This document shows, in pieces, positions 49,676 to 59,006 of a DNA stretch of 64,000 bases. The DNA comes from Desulfolutivibrio sp. (GTDB lineage: Bacteria > Desulfobacterota > Desulfovibrionia > Desulfovibrionales > Desulfovibrionaceae). The DNA lies in contig NZ_JAZHDB010000091.1 of the NCBI RefSeq assembly GCF_036584575.1, positions 1,246 through 65,245 of the forward strand, in the 5' to 3' direction. The notes beneath the pieces were generated by a model that was not told the origin of the DNA, did not search any database, and saw nothing but the letters and a program-made list of their open reading frames with translations. Every line of letters starts with the position of its first letter. Position 1 is the stretch's first letter. The translations under genes were made by a program, and so were the position numbers.

Positions 49676-49729
49676 CGCTGCCGCTGTGCATCCCGGCCGG
49701 TCCTGGCGCGACACCTGCCCGGCTCGCCC

Positions 49730-50029
49730 ATGATCCCGTATGACGACCTTCACTACATCCTCGGCCTTTTTCTCATCATTTACCTTTTTTACTATGCCTT
49801 TTTCGTCAACCGACACCGTTTTCTGATCAAATACGACGACGAAGACTACATTCGCTATGAACGCATGACGCTTCGCGAAAAATCACACATGACCGACGAG
49901 GAGATCGACGATTTCCTGCGCGAACGCAGGCGTTGCAAGAACAGGTATCACGTCTACAACATGATTTTTTTCCTGATGTTTGTGGCGGGTTTTTTCGTCT
50001 TCGTCAAACTGCTGGTCCAAAAAACCTGA
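49730..50029 (+). CDS. small 2-TM hypothetical protein
   Basis: hydrophobic N- and C-terminal helices around a charged loop. Confidence 0.65.
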   Translation: MIPYDDLHYILGLFLIIYLFYYAFFVNRHRFLIKYDDEDYIRYERMTLREKSHMTDEEIDDFLRERRRCKNRYHVYNMIFFLMFVAGFFVFVKLLVQKT

Positions 50030-50051
50030 CGGCCCCATGGGAGGGCCTCGT

Positions 50052-51323
50052 ATGCACGACCACCGTCTTGCGCTTCGCCGCGCCATCTCCGCCTGCGGCC
50101 TGTTCGTGGCGCTCTTCTTCCACGCCCCGGCAGGAGCCCAGGATCTTGAGCCCCTGCTCCTCGTCCCCTCCATTACGGGAGCCCGGCGCCGCGACAGCGA
50201 CGGCGATGGGCTTCCGGACGTTTGGGAAACCCAGGGGTACACCGAAAACGGCGTTTTCGTGGACCTCCCGACCATGGGGGCCGATCCGAAGCGCAAGGAT
50301 CTCTTTGTGTGGATGGACTACATGGTCCGCCCCGACAGCATAAGCCTCGCCCCATCCCAGACGGTCATCGATCGCATCAAGGCGGTATTCGCCAACGCCC
50401 CGGCGCAAAACCCGGACGGAACCACCGGCATAAGCATCCATCCGGTCCTGGGCAGCCAGGTGACCTATGTGCAAACCCTGGGCGAAGCGGGGGATTACAC
50501 CAAGGTCTGGTTGCAATTCGACTCCCTGAAAAACGATTTCTTCAACCCGGCCTACGCCAAGGCCTTCCGATACATGATCTGGGCCAACTCCTACAACCAG
50601 GATACGTCCAGCGGCCTGGCCCGGGACATCCCGGCCGTGAACTTCCTGGTCACCCTGGGCGAATGGACCACCCCCGGCGGCACGGACTGGGAAAAACAGG
50701 GCACCTTCATCCACGAACTGGGACACTGCCTGGGCCTGACCCACGGCGGCACGGACCACGCCAACTACAAACCCAATTACCTCAGCATCATGAGCTATTT
50801 TTTCCAGACATCCGGATTGTACATCGACGGCCACTGGGGCGATGCAGGCTATCCCCTGCATTTCGACTATCAGCGGATGAACACGCCAAGCCTCAACGAA
50901 AACCACCTGGATGAACGTCTCGGCATGACCGGCGCCGACGATCTCTCACGCTACGGGGCCCTGTATTATTATTTCAACAGCACATGGAAAGAAGCATTTG
51001 CGGCAAATGCGGCGGGACAGATCGACTGGAACAAAAACGGCGTCATCGAGGCCGATGTGGCGGCGGACATCAACGCCAGCGGCGGCTATTCCGTTCTCAG
51101 CGCCCAGAACAACTGGCCCAACGTCAATTATAACGCCAACGGCCAGATTGGCCCCAACAGCGACACCGCCGTGGCCAAAGCCCGGCGGACGGCCATCCCC
51201 GACGAGTTGCGCCACGAACTCGACAACGAAACCAACGAACGCCTCAAACGGCTCCGCCAGGAGTTGACCCCGCCGCCGTCCGGGACCGCTACCGGGCCCG
51301 CAGGCGACCCCACGGCCCGCTAA
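50052..51323 (+). CDS. secreted metzincin-like metalloprotease
   Basis: signal peptide AGA; DSDGDGLPD Ca-binding-like loop; HELGHCLGLTH; SIMSY Met-turn. Confidence 0.85.
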   Translation: MHDHRLALRRAISACGLFVALFFHAPAGAQDLEPLLLVPSITGARRRDSDGDGLPDVWETQGYTENGVFVDLPTMGADPKRKDLFVWMDYMVRPDSISLAPSQTVIDRIKAVFANAPAQNPDGTTGISIHPVLGSQVTYVQTLGEAGDYTKVWLQFDSLKNDFFNPAYAKAFRYMIWANSYNQDTSSGLARDIPAVNFLVTLGEWTTPGGTDWEKQGTFIHELGHCLGLTHGGTDHANYKPNYLSIMSYFFQTSGLYIDGHWGDAGYPLHFDYQRMNTPSLNENHLDERLGMTGADDLSRYGALYYYFNSTWKEAFAANAAGQIDWNKNGVIEADVAADINASGGYSVLSAQNNWPNVNYNANGQIGPNSDTAVAKARRTAIPDELRHELDNETNERLKRLRQELTPPPSGTATGPAGDPTAR

Positions 51324-51454
51324 CGGGAGGCGGCGACCACCAGGGTCTTGCGCTCCGGGAACCGACCCCTGCTTGTCTCCGGCTCCGATTGCGGATATTG
51401 CCGAAACCCAAACCCGCGCGAGGATGAAAGGAGCGCATCGCTTTCAACCCAGCT

Positions 51455-51931
51455 ATGGAAATCGTCGTCGGCATCTCGGACATGCGGATCACCAACCGCC
51501 CAAACCAGATCCTGGTCACCCATTCCCTGGGTTCCTGTCTGGGACTCGTGGTCTTTGACCCCGCAACCGGAGTGGGCGGCCTCATCCATTGCCTGCTCCC
51601 CGTGGCCCGGGAGGCCCGCGAGGGAAAAACCCTCAATCCCTGCATGTACGTCAACACCGGCGTGCCGCACATGATCAAATCCATGTTCGCCAAGGGGGCC
51701 AAGCGGGAGCGTCTGGTCATCAAGGCCGCAGGCTGCGGCCGGATGATGAACGTCTCCAACTCCTTCGATACCGGTGCGGCCAACCTCGCCGCATTGCAGA
51801 AACTCCTGGACCACAACCATCTTCGCCTGTCCGGTTCCGACGTGGGCGGCTCCATCCCCAGGACGGTTCGCCTGTACATGGATTCCGGGCGCGTGGTGAT
51901 CAGTTCCTGCGGGAAAAGCTGGGAAATATGA
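51455..51931 (+). CDS. cheD: chemoreceptor glutamine deamidase CheD
   Basis: THSLGSCLG, GGLIHCLLP, DVGG...RTV. Confidence 0.92.
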   Translation: MEIVVGISDMRITNRPNQILVTHSLGSCLGLVVFDPATGVGGLIHCLLPVAREAREGKTLNPCMYVNTGVPHMIKSMFAKGAKRERLVIKAAGCGRMMNVSNSFDTGAANLAALQKLLDHNHLRLSGSDVGGSIPRTVRLYMDSGRVVISSCGKSWEI

Positions 51932-52776
51932 AACGCCAAGAGATCATCGCCAAGGCTCTGGCCGTGCCGCAAATGCCCATGCCGGTACAGAAGATCATGT
52001 CGATCATCAACGATCCGGACGCCACCATGATGCAATTGGCCAGGTTCATCGAATACGAACCCGGCCTGACCGTCAACCTGCTGCGCATGGCCAATTCCGC
52101 GTTCTTCGGCGGCCACGGCATGGTGACCACGGTCAAAGACGCCATCATGCGCCTGGGGATGCAGCGGGTCTACCAGATGGTTTTGGCCTCGGGCGTGGCC
52201 CCCTTCGCCAAATATGAAATCAAGGGCTATGGCCTGCCCCCCGGACAGCTCCTGGAGCATTCGGCGGCCCTGGCCGTGGCCTCGGAGCATCTGGCCGGGG
52301 AGCTCGGCCTGACAGCCCCTCCCCACACCTTCACCTCGGGCCTTTTGGTGAACATCGGCAAGGTCGTGCTCGGGGCGTTTCTGGCCGTGGATGCGGAACC
52401 GATCATGGAAATGGCCTATTCCAAGGGAATCCCCTTCGAAAAGGCCGAGCGGGCGGTACTTGGCATCGACCATGGGGAACTCGGCGCGCTCCTGCTTGAG
52501 CATTGGAAGCTCCCCGAACCCATCGTCTACGTGGTCCGGCACCGGCTTGCCCCGGACGCCGCCCCCGTGCGCGACCTGGCCCTGGATCTGGTCCATGCCG
52601 GGGACGTCATCGCCAAGATGACCGGAATCGGGCTTGGTTACGACGGCATGCACTACGCCCCCAGCGAGACGGTGTTCGCCAGGCTGGGACTGACGGCGGA
52701 ACACATGGAGCGGGTCATGGAGAGCTCCATCGAACATTTTTCCGAAATCCGCGACATCCTTTTGGGCACGGAATGA
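51928..52776 (+). CDS. HDOD-domain protein
   Basis: EPGLTVNLLRMANSAFF, AIMRLG, GLLVNIGK, DHGELGA.LL..WKLP. Confidence 0.9.
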   Translation: MKRQEIIAKALAVPQMPMPVQKIMSIINDPDATMMQLARFIEYEPGLTVNLLRMANSAFFGGHGMVTTVKDAIMRLGMQRVYQMVLASGVAPFAKYEIKGYGLPPGQLLEHSAALAVASEHLAGELGLTAPPHTFTSGLLVNIGKVVLGAFLAVDAEPIMEMAYSKGIPFEKAERAVLGIDHGELGALLLEHWKLPEPIVYVVRHRLAPDAAPVRDLALDLVHAGDVIAKMTGIGLGYDGMHYAPSETVFARLGLTAEHMERVMESSIEHFSEIRDILLGTE

Positions 52777-52852
52777 CCGTGCGCCCCGGACTCCCGCCGC
52801 GTCCCGCCTGCCGGGATAGCGCTCCCCCCGGGCTTCGCGCCGCGGCAAGGCC

Positions 52853-53653
52853 ATGGAGATGACGGACGCCATACGAGCGGGCCGCAGCGTTGCGGACGAC
52901 ATGCGGCTTCAGGACAAAAATCCGTCCTACGCCCAGAAATTCTGCATCGCCAAGGCTGGAAAGCTGCTCATGCACACCGGGGGCCTCGTCCCCGGGGCGC
53001 GCGTCGGCGTCGCGGTCTCCGGAGGCGTGGACAGCATGGTGCTTTTGCGGGTCATGCGGGCCCGCCAGCGCATCGTGCCCTTCGCCACAGAGCTTATGGC
53101 CCTGCACCTCAATCCCGGCTTCGATCCGGCGAACCATGCCCCCCTGGCCGGATTGTGCACGGCGCTTTGCATCGCCGCCCACATTGAGGTCACCGACCAC
53201 GGGCCACGCGCCCACTCGCCGGAAAACCGAAAAAAATCACCTTGCTTTTATTGCGCCTGGTTGCGCCGCAAACGCCTTTTCGAGCTCTGCCGCCACTACC
53301 GGCTGACCCATCTGGCCTTTGGGCACAACGCCGACGATCTGGCCGCCACCTTTTTCATGAACCTGTTCCAGGGCGGACGGGTGGACGGCATGTCCGCCCG
53401 GGAATCCTTCTTCTCCGGACGGTTGACGGTCATCCGGCCCTTGCTGTTGGTAGACAAAAGACAGATCCTCCGGGCCAGCCGGGAGTGGGAACTCCCCGTC
53501 TGGGAAAACCCCTGCCCCCACGCCAAGCGTTCCAAACGCCTGGAGATCGCCACCTGGCTGACGGAGCGGTTCGCTTCGGATAAAAAATCCCGGACCAACG
53601 TCGTAAACGCCCTTCGCCGTTGGCAACTTGACAAGGATGCGGCCGACCGATAG
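52853..53653 (+). CDS. ttcA: TtcA-family tRNA thiolation protein
   Basis: SGGVDS, PCFYCAWLRRK, GHNADD, IRPL, NPCP; start uncertain. Confidence 0.8.
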   Translation: MEMTDAIRAGRSVADDMRLQDKNPSYAQKFCIAKAGKLLMHTGGLVPGARVGVAVSGGVDSMVLLRVMRARQRIVPFATELMALHLNPGFDPANHAPLAGLCTALCIAAHIEVTDHGPRAHSPENRKKSPCFYCAWLRRKRLFELCRHYRLTHLAFGHNADDLAATFFMNLFQGGRVDGMSARESFFSGRLTVIRPLLLVDKRQILRASREWELPVWENPCPHAKRSKRLEIATWLTERFASDKKSRTNVVNALRRWQLDKDAADR

Positions 53654-53656
53654 CGT
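53628..53656 (+). promoter_or_regulatory. sigma70-type promoter for M23 gene
   Basis: TTGACA-N17-TAGCGT overlapping the ttcA stop. Confidence 0.55.
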
Positions 53657-53810
53657 TCCACGGTCTGTGAAGAGCCCTTAAGGGGCCTTGCCTTTTCCGG
53701 AGCGCTCCGGGAGGCGCCCCCTCCCGGCCAACCGGTTTCATTTTTTTACAAATCCATCAGCGCGATCCGTTTGAAACGGTACACGCGGCATGGCCGCAAG
53801 ACGACACAAC

Positions 53811-54710
53811 ATGCTTCGCGATTATCAAATCGTCATTTTCAAAGACCAGCACGGCGTCTACCGAAAACTGCGACTTCGGGGATGGCTCTTTTTTCTGACC
53901 CTCCTGGCCATTGCAGCCATGGTGGCGGCCAATATCGTGCTGCTGTCCTATTATGGCGACTACACGCTCAAAGAGCACGAGCTGGCCGCCTCAAAAAAAA
54001 CCGTACAAGAACAAACATCCCAACTGCTCAGCCTTTCGGAAAAAATAAAAGGCATCGAGACCGATCTGCAACGCATCCGGGATTTCGACGCCAAACTGCG
54101 TCTCATGATCAATCTCGACCAGGAACCACGCAACGTCAGCCCCCAGCAGGCGGAAGGCGACCAGGACTTCACCAAAAAATACATCCCCCTCTACCGCCAG
54201 GAGATGTTGGCCAGGAACCTTCACAAATTTTTGCACGACCTGGGCGCGCAGGCCAGTCTGGAAAAAACCGGGCAGGAAAAGCTCCTGGCCCTTTTCAACG
54301 AAAAAAAGGATTATTTGAGCTCCACCCCGGCCATCTGGCCCACCCAGGGGTGGATCTCCTCGGAATTCGGCGAACGCGTCTCCCCCTTCACCGGGCGCAA
54401 GGAACTCCACAAGGGCCTGGACATCAGCACCACCCTGGGCGCCCCGGTGTACGCCACGGCGGGAGGCGCCGTATCCTTCGTCGGCGATGGGCAGGGCTCC
54501 GGCCCGACGGTGACCATCGAGCATCGCGGCGGCATCTCCACCAGCTACAGCCATCTGCGCGAATTCACCGTGTCCCAGGGCCAGTCCGTCTCCCGGGGCG
54601 ACATCATCGGCTACGTGGGCGATTCCGGCCGCAGCACCGGGCCGCACCTGCATTACGAAGTCCGCGTCAACGGGGTTCCGGTCAACCCCATGCGCTACAT
54701 CCTCAACTGA
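53811..54710 (+). CDS. M23-family peptidase (TM plus coiled coil)
   Basis: HKGLD, YSHL, STGPHLHYEV. Confidence 0.92.
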   Translation: MLRDYQIVIFKDQHGVYRKLRLRGWLFFLTLLAIAAMVAANIVLLSYYGDYTLKEHELAASKKTVQEQTSQLLSLSEKIKGIETDLQRIRDFDAKLRLMINLDQEPRNVSPQQAEGDQDFTKKYIPLYRQEMLARNLHKFLHDLGAQASLEKTGQEKLLALFNEKKDYLSSTPAIWPTQGWISSEFGERVSPFTGRKELHKGLDISTTLGAPVYATAGGAVSFVGDGQGSGPTVTIEHRGGISTSYSHLREFTVSQGQSVSRGDIIGYVGDSGRSTGPHLHYEVRVNGVPVNPMRYILN

Positions 54711-54967
54711 CCTCCGCCCTCCCGGCCAAAGCCCCACCACGCCGCCTCAGAACAGGGGCCGAGTCCGACCCTGAAGCTGGCTGTTCTTGCTGGCGCATCA
54801 AGGTGAGCTGGCGCCCGCCACGCAGATGGATGTTGAGATAACAATTTGAATGTCTTCTTTGTTTCGTAGATGGCGCCAGCGTCATGGTGAAGGCCTGGAC
54901 ACCGCGGCTCCGGCCGGAGGCGCCAGGCGTCCGGCCGGGCTGGTCCGTTTTTTGCTGTCCCGGCGGC

Positions 54968-55747
54968 ATGGATCTTTTCAATTTCGATCCCGCCACCATC
55001 TTCAGCTTTTTTCTGACGCTTCTGCGCGTCAGCCTGATCCTGTTTCTGTTGCCCGTCTTCGGCGGCTCCATCCTGCCGACCCCCATAAAAGGCGCCCTGT
55101 GCATCGTGCTCAGCCTGGCCATCTGGCCCAAGCTGTCCTTCCCCGGGGTTCTTTTGCCCGGCAATCCCTGGATGATCGCACTGATGCTCTTCGGGGAAAT
55201 CATCATGGGCCTTTTGCTCGACGTGGTGGTGCGGTTCCTGTTCGCGGCGGTCCAGACCGCAGGCCATTACATCGGGTTTTCCATGGGATTCGCCATGATG
55301 AACGTGCTCGACCCCCTGACCGGAACCCAGGAACCCATCACCGGGCACCTGCTCTACCAGACGACAATGCTCATCTTCCTGACCCTCAACGGGCACCTGT
55401 TTCTGCTTCAGGCCATGGGGGACAGCTTCCATCTTGTCCCGCCCGGGGGCCTTTTGATCAATCCGGAACTTGGGGAAAACATCCTGATGTTTTCCTCCCA
55501 CATCTTCACCCTGGCCCTCAAAATCGCCTCCCCGGTCATCGCCTCGCTGTTCCTGGTGGATCTGGCCCTGGCGCTCATTTCCCGGGCCGCTCCGCAGATG
55601 AACGTCCTTTTCGTCGGTTTTCCCTTGAAAATCGGCGTCGGCTTCCTGTTTTTGATCCTGATATTTACGACCTTGGCCAGATATGTCGGCGACTACATCC
55701 TGGAAATGGGCGTCATCTACAACGCCATTCTGAAAAGCTCGGGATGA
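54968..55747 (+). CDS. fliR: flagellar export protein FliR
   Basis: LLRVS...PVFG, GFSMGF, RAAPQMNVLFVGFPLK. Confidence 0.93.
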   Translation: MDLFNFDPATIFSFFLTLLRVSLILFLLPVFGGSILPTPIKGALCIVLSLAIWPKLSFPGVLLPGNPWMIALMLFGEIIMGLLLDVVVRFLFAAVQTAGHYIGFSMGFAMMNVLDPLTGTQEPITGHLLYQTTMLIFLTLNGHLFLLQAMGDSFHLVPPGGLLINPELGENILMFSSHIFTLALKIASPVIASLFLVDLALALISRAAPQMNVLFVGFPLKIGVGFLFLILIFTTLARYVGDYILEMGVIYNAILKSSG

Positions 55748-55782
55748 TGGCCCGATAAGGCCGCATCGCACAAGGCGCCGCC

Positions 55783-56856
55783 ATGGGCAAACAAGAAGAT
55801 CCGAGTAAAACAGAAAACGCGACACAAAAACGCGTCGGCAAGGCCAGAAAGAAAGGGTCTGTCGCCAAAAGCCAGGAACTCCCGAAAATCATCGTGTTGT
55901 TCGTCGGGCTCATGGCCCTGAACTTCTTCATTGTCCGGATGGACCAGGAAATGCGGGAGATATTTATCTGGGCCTTCAAAACAGGATTCACCACGACCAT
56001 CACCGCAAGCGGCGTCTACGAAATCATGGTCATGATTTCCAAAAAGCTGGCCGTCATGCTTTTGCCCATCATGCTTTCCATTGCCGTGGCCGCCTACATC
56101 ACCCAGCGCATCCAGGTCGGCAAGCTGTGGTATTCGAGACTGTTCAATCCCGATTTCAGCCACCTCTTCAATCCCATGGCCGGCATAAAGCGGATTTTCA
56201 TAAGCACGGAAACGCTTTTCCGGCTGGGGAAACAACTGGCCCAGGCCACAGCCATCGCCGTGGCGCCTTATCTGGTGCTCAAACACGAATTCGCCAACTT
56301 CGTCCCCCTGTTTTACCAGACTCCCCAGGGATTTGCGACCTATCTCCTGGGGACCGGCATGACCATGGTGCTCTATGCCCTGGTTCCCATGGTGCTCATC
56401 GCCATAGCCGATGTCTGGTATTCACGCTGGAGCTATTCCGAAAATCTCAAAATGAGCAAAGACGAGGTCAAGGACGAACGCAAACAGGCCGAAGGCGATC
56501 CTCAGATCAAGGCCAAACAGCGGCAGAAAATGATGGCGATGATGCAGAAACGCATGCTGGCCGACGTTCCCAAGGCCGACGTGGTCATCACCAACCCCAC
56601 CCATATCGCCTGTGCCCTGCGTTACGACCCCATGGTCTCCCCGGCCCCCCTCCTGTTGGCCAAGGGGCTCGACCACCTAGCCGAAAAAATCAAGGAAATC
56701 GCGCGGGAACATCACATCCCCATCCGCGAAAACAAACCCCTGGCACGGGCCTTGTATAAGTCCGTGGAAGTCGGGCAGACCATCCCCCTGGAACTGTACC
56801 AGGCCGTGGCCACCATCCTGGCCCAGCTTGACAAATTCCGGCGAAAAAGCCGCTAA
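55783..56856 (+). CDS. flhB: flagellar export protein FlhB
   Basis: KTENAT, EGDPQIK, VITNPTH. Confidence 0.96.
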   Translation: MGKQEDPSKTENATQKRVGKARKKGSVAKSQELPKIIVLFVGLMALNFFIVRMDQEMREIFIWAFKTGFTTTITASGVYEIMVMISKKLAVMLLPIMLSIAVAAYITQRIQVGKLWYSRLFNPDFSHLFNPMAGIKRIFISTETLFRLGKQLAQATAIAVAPYLVLKHEFANFVPLFYQTPQGFATYLLGTGMTMVLYALVPMVLIAIADVWYSRWSYSENLKMSKDEVKDERKQAEGDPQIKAKQRQKMMAMMQKRMLADVPKADVVITNPTHIACALRYDPMVSPAPLLLAKGLDHLAEKIKEIAREHHIPIRENKPLARALYKSVEVGQTIPLELYQAVATILAQLDKFRRKSR

Positions 56857-56894
56857 CACGGGCAATCGACAGAACCACCACGGGTGTCAAAAAG

Positions 56895-59006
56895 ATGGCC
56901 AAACCACTGAAGACGGTTTCATTCAACTACGAAAAGTTCACCAAGCAGGGCGACATCCTTTTGGCCGGCGGCGTGGTGATCATTTTGTTCGTCATGCTGG
57001 TTCCCATTCCGCCGTTTTTCATCGATCTCATGCTCACCCTGTCCATCTCCGTAAGCCTGGTGGTCCTGGTCACCACCATGTTCATGACCACGCCCCTGGA
57101 ATTTTCCATCTATCCGTCGCTGCTCCTGGTCACCACCCTCCTTCGGCTGTCCATGAACGTGGCCTCCACCCGGTTGATCCTGTTGCACGGCGACGAAGGC
57201 ACGGCGGCCGCCGGACACGTCATCGAGGCCTTCGGCCAGTTCGTGGTCGGCGGCAACTACTTCGTGGGCGTCGTCATCTTCCTGATCCTGTTCTCGCTCA
57301 ACAAAAAGGTCATCGTCCAGGGCACCACGCGCATCGCCGAAGTGGCCGCCCGTTTCACCCTGGACGCCATGCCCGGCAAACAGATGGCCATTGAAGCGGA
57401 TTTGAACGCCGGTCTCATCGACGAGGTCGAGGCCACCACCCGCCGCGACACCATCCGCAAAGAGGCCGATTTCTACGGGGCCATGGACGGCGCGGGAAAG
57501 TTCGTCCAGGGAGACGTCAGCGCCACCATCCTCATCACGGCCATCAACATCGTGGGCGGTTTTTGCATCGGCGTCATCCAGAAAGGCATGGACTGGGCCG
57601 ACGCCGCCCAGACCTACACCATCCTGACCATCGGCGACGGTCTGGTCTCCATCATCCCGTCCATCATCATCTCCACCTCCGCCGGCCTCATCGTCAGCCG
57701 GGCCGCCTCCGAGGCCAAGATGGGCGAGGAATTCATCGCCCAGCTCACCTACCATCCCCGGGCCCTTCGGCTGGTCAGCGGCATCATGGTGATCTTCGCC
57801 ATCGTCCCGGGCATGCCCACCCTGCCGTTCTTGGCCATGGCGGCCCTGATCTACGGGGTTTCCATGGCCTCGGACAAGCAACGCGAACTGCTTGGCGGCG
57901 GCGAGGCCAAGGGCAAGGGCAAGGACAAGGACAAGAAAAAGGAGTTGGAGACCCCGGAGGAAGTGCAGGCCCTTTTACCCCTGGATCTTCTGGAACTCGA
58001 GGTGGGTTACGGCCTGATCCCGCTGGTGGACGAGGATCAAAGCGGCAACCTTCTGGCCCGCATCCGCTCCATCCGCCGCCAGTTCGCCCTGGACATGGGC
58101 CTGATCGTCCCGTCGCTGCACCTGCGCGACAACCTCCAGCTCAAGCCCGGCCAGTACACCGTGCTCATCAAGGGCAACGAGGTGGCCTCGGCCGAGATTC
58201 TCATCGACCACTACCTGGCCATGGACCCGGGCGACGCCAAGCACCGCATCCGCGGCGTGGAGACCCGCGAACCGGCCTTCAACCTCCCGGCCCTGTGGAT
58301 TCCCGAGGCCCAGAAGGAAGAGGCCATGCTGGCCGGCTATACCGTGGTCGATCCGGCGACCGTCATCGCCACCCACCTAACCGAGGTCTTCCGCCGCCAT
58401 CTGCATGAATTCCTGGGCCGCCAGGAGACCCAAGTCCTCTTGGACAACCTGGCCAAGCGCGCCCCCAAGGCCGTGGAGGATCTGGTGCCCGGCGTCCTGG
58501 GGCTGGGCTCGGTGCAAAAGGTGTTGCAGAATCTGGTCAAGGAAAACGTCTCCGTCCGCGATCTTTTGACCATCGTGGAGACCCTTTCCGACTATGGGCA
58601 CTCCATCAAGGATCCCGACCAGCTCACGGAATACGTCCGTTCCCGCATGGGACGCACCATCGTCAAGCCGTACCTGTCGCCCGGAGGCTCCCTGCCCATC
58701 TTCAACCTCTCCCCCAAGGTGGAGGGAAGCATCCAGGAAAGCCTGCGCAAGACCGACCATGGCACCTATATGGCCATGGAACCGATGACGGCGCAAAAGA
58801 TCATCCAGGCCATCAAAAACGCCATGGACAAGGCTCTGTCCGTGGAAGGTCAGCCGGTGCTTCTGACGTCGCCCGTCTCCCGGCCGCACCTGGCGCAGCT
58901 TCTGATGCGGTTTGTGCCCACCCTCCCGGTGATCTCACAGGCGGAAATTCCCGGCGAGATAAAGCTCCAATCCCTTGCCACCATAGGAATCAACAATGCG
59001 GGTTAG
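56895..59006 (+). CDS. flhA: flagellar export protein FlhA
   Basis: RIAEVAARFTLDAMPGKQMAI, FYGAMDGAGKFV. Confidence 0.97.
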   Translation: MAKPLKTVSFNYEKFTKQGDILLAGGVVIILFVMLVPIPPFFIDLMLTLSISVSLVVLVTTMFMTTPLEFSIYPSLLLVTTLLRLSMNVASTRLILLHGDEGTAAAGHVIEAFGQFVVGGNYFVGVVIFLILFSLNKKVIVQGTTRIAEVAARFTLDAMPGKQMAIEADLNAGLIDEVEATTRRDTIRKEADFYGAMDGAGKFVQGDVSATILITAINIVGGFCIGVIQKGMDWADAAQTYTILTIGDGLVSIIPSIIISTSAGLIVSRAASEAKMGEEFIAQLTYHPRALRLVSGIMVIFAIVPGMPTLPFLAMAALIYGVSMASDKQRELLGGGEAKGKGKDKDKKKELETPEEVQALLPLDLLELEVGYGLIPLVDEDQSGNLLARIRSIRRQFALDMGLIVPSLHLRDNLQLKPGQYTVLIKGNEVASAEILIDHYLAMDPGDAKHRIRGVETREPAFNLPALWIPEAQKEEAMLAGYTVVDPATVIATHLTEVFRRHLHEFLGRQETQVLLDNLAKRAPKAVEDLVPGVLGLGSVQKVLQNLVKENVSVRDLLTIVETLSDYGHSIKDPDQLTEYVRSRMGRTIVKPYLSPGGSLPIFNLSPKVEGSIQESLRKTDHGTYMAMEPMTAQKIIQAIKNAMDKALSVEGQPVLLTSPVSRPHLAQLLMRFVPTLPVISQAEIPGEIKLQSLATIGINNAG

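Noticed and set aside
54809-54824. GG-N10-GC upstream of fliR as a sigma54 promoter
   Set aside because: Lacks the TT before GC and the CAC core; expected by chance in GC-rich DNA.
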